NCBI GenBank assembly: GCA_965205025.1
Contig: CBDBFU010000013.1
Span: 192,001 to 256,000 of the forward strand
Origin: Candidatus Poribacteria bacterium
GTDB taxonomy: Bacteria > Poribacteria > WGA-4E > WGA-3G
Direction: 5' to 3'
Length of the DNA stretch: 64,000 nt
Below are positions 49,739 to 60,876 of this stretch, in pieces (the first letter of the stretch is position 1; each line of letters begins with the position of its first letter). The notes beneath the pieces are model-generated. The model did not search any database. It had not been told where the DNA came from and saw nothing but the letters and a program-made list of their open reading frames with translations. A program made the position numbers and the translations under genes.

Positions 49739-49812
49739 GGGCGGGTAGCTCAGGTGGCTAGAGCGACAGCTTTACACGCTGTAGGTCACAGGTTCAAGTC
49801 CTGTCCCGCCTA
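49739..49812 (+). tRNA. tRNA-Val(TAC), CCA not encoded
   Basis: Cloverleaf: acceptor gggcggg/cccgcct, anticodon arm acagc-tttacac-gctgt, GGTTCAAGTCC. Confidence 0.92.
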
Positions 49813-49831
49813 CTTGTTAGAGGTCTCTTAT

Positions 49832-49906
49832 GGACTCGTGGCGCAGTTGGTTTAGCGCGCCTGCCTGTCACGCAGGAGGTCGCGGGTTCAAGTCCCGTCG
49901 GGTCCG
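49832..49906 (+). tRNA. tRNA-Asp(GTC), CCA not encoded
   Basis: Acceptor ggactcg/cgggtcc, anticodon arm cctgc-ctgtcac-gcagg, GGTTCAAGTCC. Confidence 0.95.
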
Positions 49907-49919
49907 TTTAATATATAAT

Positions 49920-49965
49920 GAAATAGCCACAGGTTGTGTTTACAACTCTGTGGCTATTTCGTTTA
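49920..49965 (+). terminator. terminator after the tRNAs
   Basis: gaaatagccacag...ctgtggctatttc stem. Confidence 0.7.
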
Positions 49966-50005
49966 GGTATGCCATCTATACTAAATTACAATCGGGAAGA
50001 ATCAA

Positions 50006-50677
50006 ATGAACGTATACGATGAGATTATCCAACATAATCCAAATTCTGCCGAAGTATATTTCAATCGTGGACTCGAAAGACGTCAAGATCCCATAGCGAT
50101 TGGAGACTTCAACAAAGCAATTCGGCTTAACCCTGAATTAGCAGAAGCCTATTTTTATCGAGGTTGTTTGAAGGACTACTATGCACTTCGGAAACCTGAA
50201 CTTGTGGAACAACATGAGAGTCTACGTTCCGCAGTGGCAGATTTTGATGATGCCATACGATTAAATCTCAACCCCAACCTACTCGCTCACGCTTATTATA
50301 GACGTGGAGAAGCAATGTACAATCTGGACAGGTATGAAGAGGCTATGCATGATTTTAATGAAGCGTTAAAACTTGATCCAGAGAATTCTGATATACGTTC
50401 TTCACTTGATGAAGCAGAAGGAATATTAGATTTCTACAATACAGGAATTACGCAGTTTGATAAGACGATACGGCTGAATCCTAATGATCTGAGAACCTAT
50501 AAGATACGAGGTGAAACTAAGGGATTCTTAGGACGTTTGAAGGAAGCTAAAGCGGATTTTGAGAAAATCTTGGAACTTACATCAGACAATCAACTAAGAA
50601 CAGAGATAGAAAGACATTTATCAGAATTGCATAATCCTAACTATTGGCAACAGTATAGTTGGCGTTCAGGTAATTAA
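50006..50677 (+). CDS. tetratricopeptide repeat protein
   Basis: Repeated A(Y/F).RG...A..DF..AI.L.P. Confidence 0.9.
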   Translation: MNVYDEIIQHNPNSAEVYFNRGLERRQDPIAIGDFNKAIRLNPELAEAYFYRGCLKDYYALRKPELVEQHESLRSAVADFDDAIRLNLNPNLLAHAYYRRGEAMYNLDRYEEAMHDFNEALKLDPENSDIRSSLDEAEGILDFYNTGITQFDKTIRLNPNDLRTYKIRGETKGFLGRLKEAKADFEKILELTSDNQLRTEIERHLSELHNPNYWQQYSWRSGN

Positions 50678-50783
50678 CTGAAGAAGTCATGACATATCCT
50701 AAGATCCTTGTCGTAAGTTGTTGTATTAACCCAAATAGTTGTATTTTATTGTATAACCCAAAAGATTGAGGAGCAGAAACGCA

Positions 50784-52073
50784 GTGCTTGACCTTAAATA
50801 TATTCGTGAAAATGTAGATGCTGTACGCCAAATGTTAGAACATCGTAAGACTGAAGTCGATTTAGATAAACTTATTGAATTGGATTCACTTTGGCGAGAT
50901 AATTTGACCCATACACAAACACTGCAGGCACACCAGAACGAAGTTTCACAGCAGATAGCAGAGAGAAAAAAAGCAAAAGAAGATGCTACAGAGACTATTG
51001 CCGAAATGCGGAAACTCTCTCAAGAGATTAAAGAACGTACAGCAGAAGCAACTGATCTTAGAGTTGAGATAGATGCTATCCTTTTGATGATTCCAAATAT
51101 GCCAGAGGAAACCACACCTGTGGGAATAAGTGAAGACGATAACACTGAAATCAAGACATGGGGTGAAAAACCGAGTTATAACTTTGAATTAAAACCACAC
51201 TGGGAAATCGCTGAACAGTTAGATATTGTAGATTTTCAACGCGGGGTAAAAGTTGCAGGAAGCAACTTTGTGGTCTTTAAGGGTGTTGGTGCTCGTTTGG
51301 AACGTGCTTTGATTCAGTTTATGCTTGATTTACACACCACGCAACACGGATACACAGAAATATCCCCACCTTTCCTGGCAAATCGTCCAGCAATGACGGG
51401 TGCAGGTCAAATTCCTAAGATGGAATCTGATATGTATCGATGTGATAGAGACGAAGAGAATCCAGAAACTGACCTATTTCTAATTCCAACCGCAGAAGTG
51501 CCGGTAACAAATCTGTTCGCAGATGAAATCTTACCTGTAGATGAATTGCCTATCTACTATACAGCATATACCCCCTGTTTTCGACGGGAAGCAGGAGCAT
51601 ACGGAAAAGATACACGTGGACTACAACGAATCCATCAATTTGACAAGGTCGAAATGGTGAAGTTTACTACACCAGAAGCATCTTACTCCGAGCATGAATC
51701 GTTATTAGAAAATGCTGAGAGTGTGTTACAAGCACTAGGGCTTCCTTATCGTGTGGTGCAACATTGCACAGTTGAACTATCCTTTGCTGCTGCGAAATGT
51801 TACGATATTGAGGTATGGGCACCGGCAGGTGAGAAATTCTTAGAGGTTTCCTCATGTAGCAACTTTGAAGATTTCCAAGCACGACGTGCGAATATCAGAT
51901 ATCGTCCAGAAGTCGGGGCAAAACCTGAGTTCATTCACACTCTTAATGCGTCCGGAACAGCATTACCGCGTGTTGTGATTGCACTTCTTGAAACCTACCA
52001 GAATCCTGATGGAACAGTCCGTATTCCTGCGGTGTTACAACCGTATATGGGTGGCTTGAAGCAAATAGGGTAA
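50784..52073 (+). CDS. serS: serine--tRNA ligase
   Basis: GTG start (MLDLKYIREN) after GAGGAG; LIPTAEV, FRREAG, HQFDKVE, EVSSCSN, HTLNASG. Confidence 0.97.
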   Translation: MLDLKYIRENVDAVRQMLEHRKTEVDLDKLIELDSLWRDNLTHTQTLQAHQNEVSQQIAERKKAKEDATETIAEMRKLSQEIKERTAEATDLRVEIDAILLMIPNMPEETTPVGISEDDNTEIKTWGEKPSYNFELKPHWEIAEQLDIVDFQRGVKVAGSNFVVFKGVGARLERALIQFMLDLHTTQHGYTEISPPFLANRPAMTGAGQIPKMESDMYRCDRDEENPETDLFLIPTAEVPVTNLFADEILPVDELPIYYTAYTPCFRREAGAYGKDTRGLQRIHQFDKVEMVKFTTPEASYSEHESLLENAESVLQALGLPYRVVQHCTVELSFAAAKCYDIEVWAPAGEKFLEVSSCSNFEDFQARRANIRYRPEVGAKPEFIHTLNASGTALPRVVIALLETYQNPDGTVRIPAVLQPYMGGLKQIG

Positions 52074-52144
52074 TCGATTATCTCAACAATTATCTAATGA
52101 TTATTCTGTGAAGTATAATCTGGTTTGAATCCTCGGGTGGTGTT

Positions 52145-53248
52145 CTAATTGTTGGATTCTAAGCGTGGACGTAGTACAGGTAATTCTTTTAGGAGTACAC
52201 TACTCTGTTTAGGTTGTTGATCCAGTTGATTATCCAGAATTTCTCCATTTGTTTCAATCGTAAATCCTGCATCCTGAATCATCTGTAATGTACGGGATGC
52301 TGCTGTGCCTTCCGCATTCAAATAACCATCTATAAACATCGAATTCGCCGGATAGAGAGACATTACCTCCATGCCGCGCAAATGATGTTCCCTACCTGCA
52401 GCTACACGTATCTCAGAACGAGGATTGAGAAATCTAAAGAGACATAAAACTCGGAGACAGAAATCTGGAGTTAGGATAGGAGATCCGTTCTGTTCAACCA
52501 ATTGTATTTCTGATAGTTGTGTACCTTCAATCGGAAGGAAAAAGTTAACCGGTATAGAAGCGATTTCTAATCGTCGTAATTCTTTAGCAACTCGGATTAA
52601 ATCCACTACATCTTCACCCATTCCAACAATTACACCTGAACAACAAGCCAGTCCAGCTGTCTGTGCAGCCAGTAAAGTATCCATCCTATCTTGATAAGTG
52701 TGTGTTGTACATATATTTGGATAGTGGGATTCAGATGTATTCAGATTATGATTCAATCGGTCCAAACCTGCTTCTTTTAAAGTATGTGCTGCGGGTTCAT
52801 CAATCAATCCTACGGATAAACATACCTCAATCGGGAAATGTTCCTTAACGGTTCTTATTATATTTGCCATTTGCTGGACACGTTTTGATGATGGACCGCG
52901 TCCACTCATGACGATACAGTAACGGTATGCTCCAGATTGATACGCTTTTTCTGCTTCAGCAATTATTTCAGATTCAGGTTTTAAGGCATAGGTATCAATG
53001 TCTGTTGTGGCAGTTTTTGCTTGAACGCAGTAATAACAATCTTCCGGACAATTACCGTTCTGTGCGTTATTTAGAATATGTAGTTGGACTGTATTATTAT
53101 GATAGGTTTTACGCACTTGATAGGCAGCATTTAACAAAGGGAGTAGTTCTATCTCTGAATCGGATAAGATTCTCTCACAGGTTATGTCAGAATGTATCTC
53201 ATCTTGCAAACTGATGGTGGTTATATCTTGATAGAATGAAGAGGTCAT
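52145..53248 (-). CDS. bioB: biotin synthase
   Basis: CPEDCYYC, NHNLNTS, CCSG.IVGMGE, SIPVNF, RVAAGRE. Confidence 0.93.
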   Translation of the reverse strand: MTSSFYQDITTISLQDEIHSDITCERILSDSEIELLPLLNAAYQVRKTYHNNTVQLHILNNAQNGNCPEDCYYCVQAKTATTDIDTYALKPESEIIAEAEKAYQSGAYRYCIVMSGRGPSSKRVQQMANIIRTVKEHFPIEVCLSVGLIDEPAAHTLKEAGLDRLNHNLNTSESHYPNICTTHTYQDRMDTLLAAQTAGLACCSGVIVGMGEDVVDLIRVAKELRRLEIASIPVNFFLPIEGTQLSEIQLVEQNGSPILTPDFCLRVLCLFRFLNPRSEIRVAAGREHHLRGMEVMSLYPANSMFIDGYLNAEGTAASRTLQMIQDAGFTIETNGEILDNQLDQQPKQSSVLLKELPVLRPRLESNN

Positions 53249-53294
53249 TATTATCTTTCGTTTGGATTGTTAGGATTATACTATTAGATTTTCT

Positions 53295-54107
53295 TTAAAT
53301 ATCCCAAGCAATATCAGTAGGATTAAATACTGGTCCTTCAGTACATACCCGTTGATATTCAATCTGATCCTCATCCACACGAATAGGACAAACACATCCG
53401 AGGCACACACCTAATGCACATCCCATTCGATTTTCCATTGCAACCTGTGTAGGAACATCATGACTGGTTGTAATCTTGTTAACAGCAGCGAGCATACCGT
53501 GAGGACCACAGGCGTAGATGGCAGGATTCTTAATACGTGAATTAGTAAGCATGTTGCTTAAAATATCGGTGACAAATCCGTGATGTCCTATGCTGCCATC
53601 ATCGGTTGCAATATGTACTGAAACCCCAATTACTTTCAAATCATCTATACTCAGCAACCTTCGCCGGTGTTGTGCCCCTACCAAAGCGTGTGTTTCTCTA
53701 TTTTCATTCCGCAACGCTGCGGCGAGTAACATCAATGAAGCAATTCCAGCACCACCCCCAACTAAGATCGCTGTTGTAGTAGATTTCTTGATTTCAAATG
53801 TGTTCCCAAGTGGTCCCAGGATATGTATTGGACTTCCTTTTCCCATTTCAGACAGCCGTAACGTCCCTTCACCGATGACTTGATACAGCATTGTTATCTC
53901 ATGGCTATCCACGGAATAAACTGTGAAAGGACGTCGAAGCAGAAGACCCGCACCATTTGACCCCGTACCATTTAAAATGAGTACATGTATGAATTGTCCT
54001 GGTTGGACATGCTTGGCAATATCTGGACACTCACAACGTAAAAGATAATGATCTTCAGCAACATTCTCATTTGAGAGAATTGTTGTGTGAATGTCGAATC
54101 TATTCAT
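53295..54107 (-). CDS. pyrK: dihydroorotate dehydrogenase electron transfer subunit
   Basis: PGQF, LRRPF, GPLGN, GGGAG, CGP, MGCALGVCLGC...CTEGPVF. Confidence 0.9.
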   Translation of the reverse strand: MNRFDIHTTILSNENVAEDHYLLRCECPDIAKHVQPGQFIHVLILNGTGSNGAGLLLRRPFTVYSVDSHEITMLYQVIGEGTLRLSEMGKGSPIHILGPLGNTFEIKKSTTTAILVGGGAGIASLMLLAAALRNENRETHALVGAQHRRRLLSIDDLKVIGVSVHIATDDGSIGHHGFVTDILSNMLTNSRIKNPAIYACGPHGMLAAVNKITTSHDVPTQVAMENRMGCALGVCLGCVCPIRVDEDQIEYQRVCTEGPVFNPTDIAWDI

Positions 54108-54249
54108 GAGTAATAAGTGACATATTAAGAATACTTAGGATTGGAATAAAACATATAGGTACACTGACCTACAATTGCCAGTCAACAATTTAGTGGCAAA
54201 TTATACCATTATCAATAAGGTAAGACAATACAAAAGCAGTGAGATGAAA

Positions 54250-54612
54250 TTATAGATTATATGTAGGAGATACTGAAACCTGTTTTTTTATTCGATATCG
54301 GAAAGGTAACCCCCGCCACAGACCTAAGAGAATGCCAACAATTGGCCAGAGTAAGAACCCATATTCTCCTGTTGGTGTGAGAACTAAGACAATCTTTTCT
54401 GGGGTAGTTAACGCGGCTCCACTATTCGCTTGGTTATGTATATCTCTAACAATCCCATAGAATGCAATCAAATCGTCTTTCATCTGTAGTTTTATCTCTG
54501 CATCCGCTAATGTACTATAAAAGATAAATGGCATTACTGGATAATACCATAAGATTCCTAAAAAAACGAAAACTAAGAAATAGACACAGATAAAAAGAAA
54601 TGTTCTCTTCAT
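54250..54612 (-). CDS. small membrane protein
   Basis: Two hydrophobic segments; TAGGA RBS. Confidence 0.6.
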   Translation of the reverse strand: MKRTFLFICVYFLVFVFLGILWYYPVMPFIFYSTLADAEIKLQMKDDLIAFYGIVRDIHNQANSGAALTTPEKIVLVLTPTGEYGFLLWPIVGILLGLWRGLPFRYRIKKQVSVSPTYNL

Positions 54613-55139
54613 AATATAATTCCTAAGTTTTTGATATCGTGCCTTTAAAACTTGATAGAGTTTATCTTTCTCTACATAGAATAAAGCGGCTAATTAATCT
54701 TTTTATCACAGCACATATATGACAATTCAACTATTTTGTTACAAATTACATAATAGAAAATCCTATGTCTATCTGAAAACCTTTACAACCATTGAATTTA
54801 GCAACTAATAAATCCGGATCCTGCAAAAATTGTCCTGATTGATGATGGGTTGCTTTGTATAGATTGTATAGATTTTAAACGTCACTTTTTGGTAACTGTT
54901 TCTATAATATTCGAAAAATACATGGACTAATTTGTTGTAAATGACAATTGACTAAGATACATTCAGATTAAACTATCTTTTTCATTTTTAGCATCTCTAT
55001 AAAGACGATGTATAGTTTAAGGTGGTCTACCAATGTGTCTATGTGTAAGTGTATTTCAAAGTTATGTAGACAAACTCCTTGAATTTGCTTGCATATTTTC
55101 CTAAATATGATTATATTAACACGGGAGGAAAATATAAAA

Positions 55140-56084
55140 GTGGATAACAAGCTGAAATTTCGAGAAGACGGATCCTTTAAAATTGTCCAGTATACTGACA
55201 TTCATTGGCAAAATGGTGATGGTCCAGATGTACAATCTGGAGAATTAATGAGACAAATTGCACTTGCAGAATCACCGGATTTAATTGTGATGACAGGTGA
55301 TATGTTATCTGGTGGAGGTTGCAAAGATGCAGCTGAATCCTTAAGACAAATTACAAGGATACTTGATGAATGTGGTTTCTTATGGACCGCTGTATTCGGA
55401 AATCACGATGATGAAGGTACGGCAAGCCGTACCGAACTAATGGATGTCATGCAAGAAAGCGAACTATGTCTTGCAGAGCATGGTCCAGAAGATATTACAG
55501 GTGTGGGTAATTACTCTCTAACTATAGAAGGTTCAAATACCGCTGAACCAGCAGCACTATTATATTTTATTGATTCTGGTAGTTATGCCCCAACAGATAT
55601 TGGAGGGTGGGACTGGATCAGACGCGATCAGATAGCATGGTATCTTAGTGAATCTGAAATGCATGCTAAGGCCGTTGGGTCAAAACTTCCGGCGCTTGCT
55701 TTCTTTCATATCCCAATACCTGAATATGATGAAGTATGGGATTTCCATACATGTTATGGATTCAAATATGAGAAGGTTTGCGCACCAGAAATTAATACAG
55801 GGTTTTTTGCTGCCCTACACGAAGCCGGGGATGTAATCGGAACATTTGTCGGACATGAACATATTAATGATTATTGGGGAGAGTTACACGGAATACGTCT
55901 CTGTTATGGCAGAACTACTGGCTACAATTGCTACGGTCGAGAAGGGATGCCACGCGGGGCGCGGGTGATTGAACTCCGGGAGAATGAACGCCAATTCGAT
56001 TCCTGGATTCACCGCGCTGATAAGATTATAGTACGTGAACAGCAGGAACATACACCCCTTGAACGTACTTTTACCGAAGATTAA
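55140..56084 (+). CDS. metallophosphoesterase (Dcr2/PAP-like)
   Basis: FKIVQYTDIH, TGD, GNHD, FFHIP, GHEHIND; GTG start after GGAGGA. Confidence 0.9.
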   Translation: MDNKLKFREDGSFKIVQYTDIHWQNGDGPDVQSGELMRQIALAESPDLIVMTGDMLSGGGCKDAAESLRQITRILDECGFLWTAVFGNHDDEGTASRTELMDVMQESELCLAEHGPEDITGVGNYSLTIEGSNTAEPAALLYFIDSGSYAPTDIGGWDWIRRDQIAWYLSESEMHAKAVGSKLPALAFFHIPIPEYDEVWDFHTCYGFKYEKVCAPEINTGFFAALHEAGDVIGTFVGHEHINDYWGELHGIRLCYGRTTGYNCYGREGMPRGARVIELRENERQFDSWIHRADKIIVREQQEHTPLERTFTED

Positions 56085-56125
56085 TCACTCTGTTATTACA
56101 AATTACGGTTCTTTAGGAGGATAGT

Positions 56126-56470
56126 GTGAGAGCACAACCACAGATTACTATTCGACATGAAGGTGACGTCGCGATTTTTGATATTACCGGATACTTAACT
56201 AATGAATCTGAAGATGCTATGAATGATGCTTATGCAGAAAATGGTATACAAGAGACAAAAAAACTATTACTCAATTTCGACCGCCAAAGCTTCATCACCA
56301 GTAGTGGTTTTGGGACTATAATAAAACTACTATGGAAGACACGGGAAAACGGACAGTCTCTACGAATAGCACATCCAGCCATGCAAGTGCGAACTATTTT
56401 CAATACCATTGGGTTGACACAGAGTATCGGTGTATATGAGTCAGAAGCACAAGCGTTAGAAGATTTTTAG
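56126..56470 (+). CDS. STAS domain anti-sigma factor antagonist
   Basis: FITSSGFG phospho-Ser-type motif, VRTIF.TIGL. Confidence 0.85.
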   Translation: MRAQPQITIRHEGDVAIFDITGYLTNESEDAMNDAYAENGIQETKKLLLNFDRQSFITSSGFGTIIKLLWKTRENGQSLRIAHPAMQVRTIFNTIGLTQSIGVYESEAQALEDF

Positions 56471-56474
56471 TTGG

Positions 56475-58368
56475 CTATGGAAATAGGGTGTACATGTTCT
56501 TACTAAATATCACACCTAATAGACTCCATAGACTTCCTGCAAGGAACTGACCGAAAATCAGACCTAAAAACAGTGGTAATGCTTTACGATATGATCCTAC
56601 TCCACCCCCTGTGAATAGTATCCTCTTAAAGAGCCAACCTAAGAAAATTGAAAACCACATCCATCCAATTGCCCAACCATTCCCTACGGCATAACCCACA
56701 GGATAAAACGGCCACCATAAAAACTGCCGTTTGAGAATGGTTAATATACCGGTTAAAACAAACCCAAAACCCATATGTTGGATGGCAGTGAGATTCGGGG
56801 CACGCGGTGTTGTAATCCAGTTCTGCAATCTGTTAAATTCACCCACACCCCACAGCGCAAACCTATATTCATAGTATAATGCAACATGACCAACAATGGA
56901 TATGATGGCTCCAACAATGGACGCAATTATTAAGGCAATAACAATCCTGTTCTCCCGTAGCCGAAATTGCCGACCAATTTTAAATGCCTCCAATTGATGA
57001 GGCATCGGATGACACCGATAACCGTATGCAAGCCAGGATAGTAATGTTGTATTCGTAAGATTCTGTGCGCCAAGGGGGACGACTTCCCATAAATAACAGC
57101 ATTATACGGTCCGGATGTACTCCATGTAACTCATGTGTAGGAGGTCCAAGTTCAGCGCGCATGCGTGTCATTCCAATACATAGTACAAAGTAAATTCCAA
57201 AATAACCGAGTGTAACCCATGGGGACAACCCCGCAAAATACCAAAATACTAATACACATCCCAATCCAACTAAAAATCCAAACACTGCAAGGTTATATAA
57301 TGGATCCTTCGATTTAAAGGTGAAGACTCCTCGTAGTACTCTAAGAATTTCACGTCTACTCGTTATCAATGCCAGTAACCCTATACCAATCCATGCGCCT
57401 GTCCGTTGTTCAGTCTGAAAACTGATAGCCGTTGTCCATCCGGTTGCTGTAAATAAGACCCGTTGTAGTCCCCAGAATAGATAAAATCCCCAGAAAGATA
57501 GTGCTAAATCTAACGGCATTAGATACCCAAGTCCGATAGCAAATGGGTATACATAAATGGGTAACCGTCCAATAGCATTCCACGGTCTATCCGAAAAATA
57601 GAGTTGATACTTTATCTTCAATGAAGGAATTACGGGGAAAAGATAATTTAACCCAGCAAGAATCTCAAGTGTAAAGGCAATCCCGAACCCTAACCAAATC
57701 AGTTTATTTCGGAATAAACTGGATGTGTTTCCCAGTAGTTCTACGGGAAGTGTTGTTAAGGGATAACTGAGTTTCTCATGGTCAATCCACTGTCTACGGA
57801 TGATGATATTAACACATAGCATCATAAACAGAAGTATGATTACCAAAGCACTCCAGGCAATTATCGGCCACATCCACGCTTCCATATAGCGGGATTGCCA
57901 AAAGGTGTCATCTCCTTCAAAGTATCCTTGTAATATCTTACGGTCGGTAATAGTTAACCACGTTGGCAAGAAACGAAAAAAGATGTCTGACCATTCATTT
58001 TCCGGAGTAGCAAACCATCCCGCATTGGCAATCATCGGAACCAATTGTCGAACGATGTCGTGACCAGCAAGTGCAGTGGCAACCGATACCATGATGTAGG
58101 TCATTGCCAATTCTCGCTTAGTCGGTGCAGCGTTTCTGAATATCCTTTTAAGTATAGGTGTCAGTGCAGCAAGGAAGAAAAATGTGAATAGAACTGTCGG
58201 GAAAATTGAGAAATCTGTAAGTTCCCAAACAACCCGGTTTTCCGCCGATATTATCCAATAACAGGTGAGAATTATGAGGATTGAACCAAAAAGGAGAGTG
58301 CCAACAACAAAACGAAACGTTGATGATCTATCAACATCCTGATTCGTGTTGGAAGGGTGATCATGCAT
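56475..58368 (-). pseudogene. DUF6785/DUF6784-type paralog split by one frameshift near 57075
   Basis: N-part has FATPENEW and MRAELG; C-part has MPHQLEAFK and WWPFYPVGY; break at a G/C run. Confidence 0.75.
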
Positions 58369-58570
58369 GTTTATATGATACCATGTTTAGGGGATATGTG
58401 GCAAAAATTAATAAGTTCTGTATGCCTGTTTGGTTCGGTTTCATTCATTGTTTTTGAATGATCCAGATCAGCCGACTTATTGCTTTCAATTGTGGTTTAT
58501 GATATTTGTCTATAGTATATTCTTATGATATAATAACTCCGATGTATTATTTCAGCAAAGGTGATAAAGA

Positions 58571-59635
58571 ATGCCACAATACGACATAAAAGATGGAAAT
58601 TTACTTCCTGACATAGATAAGATTCTAATCATCCGCGCTGATGGTATCGGGGATTTACTTAATTCCACACCTGCAATCACCTTGTTACGAAAGAACTATC
58701 CTACTGCAGAAATAACTGTCTTAGCACGTCCACTAAATGCCCCAATATTAGTTGGTAATCCGGATGTCGACAACATCCTTATTTTTGATAGAAATGGAGA
58801 ACATCGTCAACTATCAAACAGACTCCGTTTCTTCCAAAATTTGCGTCGTGAACGTTTTCAACTTGCAGTGGCAATGCAAACTGCATCATTTCCACATCTT
58901 ACCACATTTCTATCTGGCGCCACCTATCGATTAGGTCGATACCATAAAAGGTTCAAATCTACACTGACTCATTCCTGGAGAGGTACATACAAGAAAGGTG
59001 AAACACACGAAGTCGATAGAAACCTTGAACTGGTCAAGTTAATCTGTCAAGGTGAAGGTTCAAGAAAACTTGTTTTCAATCTATCGTCTGAAGAAAAGGA
59101 TGATGCACAAAGTCTTCTTTCGTCTTGGGATATTAATCATGATATGTGCCTAATTGGTATCCATCCGGGTGGTAGTTCATTCGATAAAAGATGGCCTGAA
59201 AAACAATACGCTGAATTGGCAGATAGGTTAGTGAATAGTTACGATGCCACAGTTCTAATTCTATGTGGTCCGGATGAATTGCCTTTGGCAGAATACATTA
59301 AAAAGACTATGCAATCAGAATCAATCGTTTATGCACCAAATTCAATTCGGGAATTGGGATCTCTGTTCTCTCATTGTAATTTGGTAGTATGTAATGATTC
59401 TGGTCCAATGCACATTGCAGCAGCACTGGATGTTCCAACGGTTGCGATCTTCGGTCCTACCGATCATGTAGCATGGCAGCCTATGAGTGAAAATGCATCT
59501 ATCGTTAGGCGAGACATGCCATGTTGGCCCTGTAGTGCACACAAATGTAAAATCGGATGGGAGTGTACGAAAAAACTACCCGTTGACATGGTCTGGAATA
59601 CTACTACTATGACAATAGAAGCGAGTCAGAAATGA
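58571..59635 (+). CDS. glycosyltransferase family 9 (heptosyltransferase-like)
   Basis: IGDLL.STP, HPGGS..KRWP, NDSGPMHIAAA, FGPT. Confidence 0.9.
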   Translation: MPQYDIKDGNLLPDIDKILIIRADGIGDLLNSTPAITLLRKNYPTAEITVLARPLNAPILVGNPDVDNILIFDRNGEHRQLSNRLRFFQNLRRERFQLAVAMQTASFPHLTTFLSGATYRLGRYHKRFKSTLTHSWRGTYKKGETHEVDRNLELVKLICQGEGSRKLVFNLSSEEKDDAQSLLSSWDINHDMCLIGIHPGGSSFDKRWPEKQYAELADRLVNSYDATVLILCGPDELPLAEYIKKTMQSESIVYAPNSIRELGSLFSHCNLVVCNDSGPMHIAAALDVPTVAIFGPTDHVAWQPMSENASIVRRDMPCWPCSAHKCKIGWECTKKLPVDMVWNTTTMTIEASQK

Positions 59636-60876
59636 AGATAATCGTGGTAGGATGGGGAACTACAGGTGATGTGTATCCATTATTAGCTTTGTCTGAACGG
59701 CTTAGTATAGAGTATCAGGTACGGGTCTGTGCCCCTTCGATTTATAAAGATAAAATTTCACAAATTGGCATAGACTACTATCAAGTAGGAACGACTTTCG
59801 ACCTTACTGAATTTCATCAGACGATGGATTCACTCATAAAAATGCGTGATCCAATGGCACCACTTGTGTTAATTGCTAAGGAGGGAATACTGCGGCATGG
59901 TGAAAATTGGTATCACGATTGTCTTGAAGCTATGAAAGATTACGATTTGGTTGTATGTCATTCCATAGACATTCCTGCCCAAGAGGCAGCCATTCGATTG
60001 GGGATACCTTGGATAACAGTAACGTATTGTCCTGGGTTTATCAAAACCCCTGGTAATGCCCCATATCCTTTTCCAAATTGGAGTCGTACATTCAATAGGT
60101 TAATTTGGAGTATGGTCAGGTTTCGTCTTCGGCATGCTATTGATCCACTTTTTAATCAATTTATTATATCTGTCGGAGGAAATCCAAGATCCTCAGTGGC
60201 ATCAGATGAGATGTATTCACCGCACCTGAACCTTATCGCTGCATCTCCTGCAATCTCTACATCAGCAGAATTACCGTCCAACCATAAAACCACGGGTGTT
60301 TGGTCTCTTCCAGAACAGGACTACACACCACCATCAAATCTTGTTGCCTTCATAGAAGATGGTCCTCCACCGATTATCATTTCATTTGGATCAATGGGAG
60401 GAAGTGATGGAGCAGAGACAACTCAGATCCTAATTGATGCTATTAGAATGACAGACCAACGCGCAGTAATTCAAGCAGGTTGGGGACTATTAGGTTCAGA
60501 AGATACAGAGACAGACATCTACTTTACAGATTACGTGCCACACAATTGGTTATTTCCAAAAGGATCTTGTGTGATACATCACGGGGGAGCGGGAACTACT
60601 GCAGCTGTATGTAAATCTAAAGTCCCATCTATCGTTGTACCGCACATTGCTGACCAATTCTATTGGGGAAAACGTCTATCTAATATCGGGGTTGCACCAA
60701 AAAGTCTACCTCGACGAAACCTAACTGCAAAACGATTGGCAAGTCGAATTCAACAGGTGATGAATACGCCTGCTATGTCAGAGAAAGCAAAATTCTTAGG
60801 AAGGCAAATGGACTCTGAAGATGGATTGACAACTGCAGTAAATCTGATTGAATCTTTCTCTGTATCTAAGCGATGA
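59632..60876 (+). CDS. GT1/GT28-N glycosyltransferase (sterol glucosyltransferase-like)
   Basis: GTTGDVYP, SFGSM, VPHNWLF, HHGGAGTT, DQFYW. Confidence 0.85.
   Translation: MKIIVVGWGTTGDVYPLLALSERLSIEYQVRVCAPSIYKDKISQIGIDYYQVGTTFDLTEFHQTMDSLIKMRDPMAPLVLIAKEGILRHGENWYHDCLEAMKDYDLVVCHSIDIPAQEAAIRLGIPWITVTYCPGFIKTPGNAPYPFPNWSRTFNRLIWSMVRFRLRHAIDPLFNQFIISVGGNPRSSVASDEMYSPHLNLIAASPAISTSAELPSNHKTTGVWSLPEQDYTPPSNLVAFIEDGPPPIIISFGSMGGSDGAETTQILIDAIRMTDQRAVIQAGWGLLGSEDTETDIYFTDYVPHNWLFPKGSCVIHHGGAGTTAAVCKSKVPSIVVPHIADQFYWGKRLSNIGVAPKSLPRRNLTAKRLASRIQQVMNTPAMSEKAKFLGRQMDSEDGLTTAVNLIESFSVSKR

Noticed and set aside
49739-49906. tRNAs as an integration site for the upstream defence region
   Set aside because: No integrase and no duplicated tRNA 3' end seen in the window.
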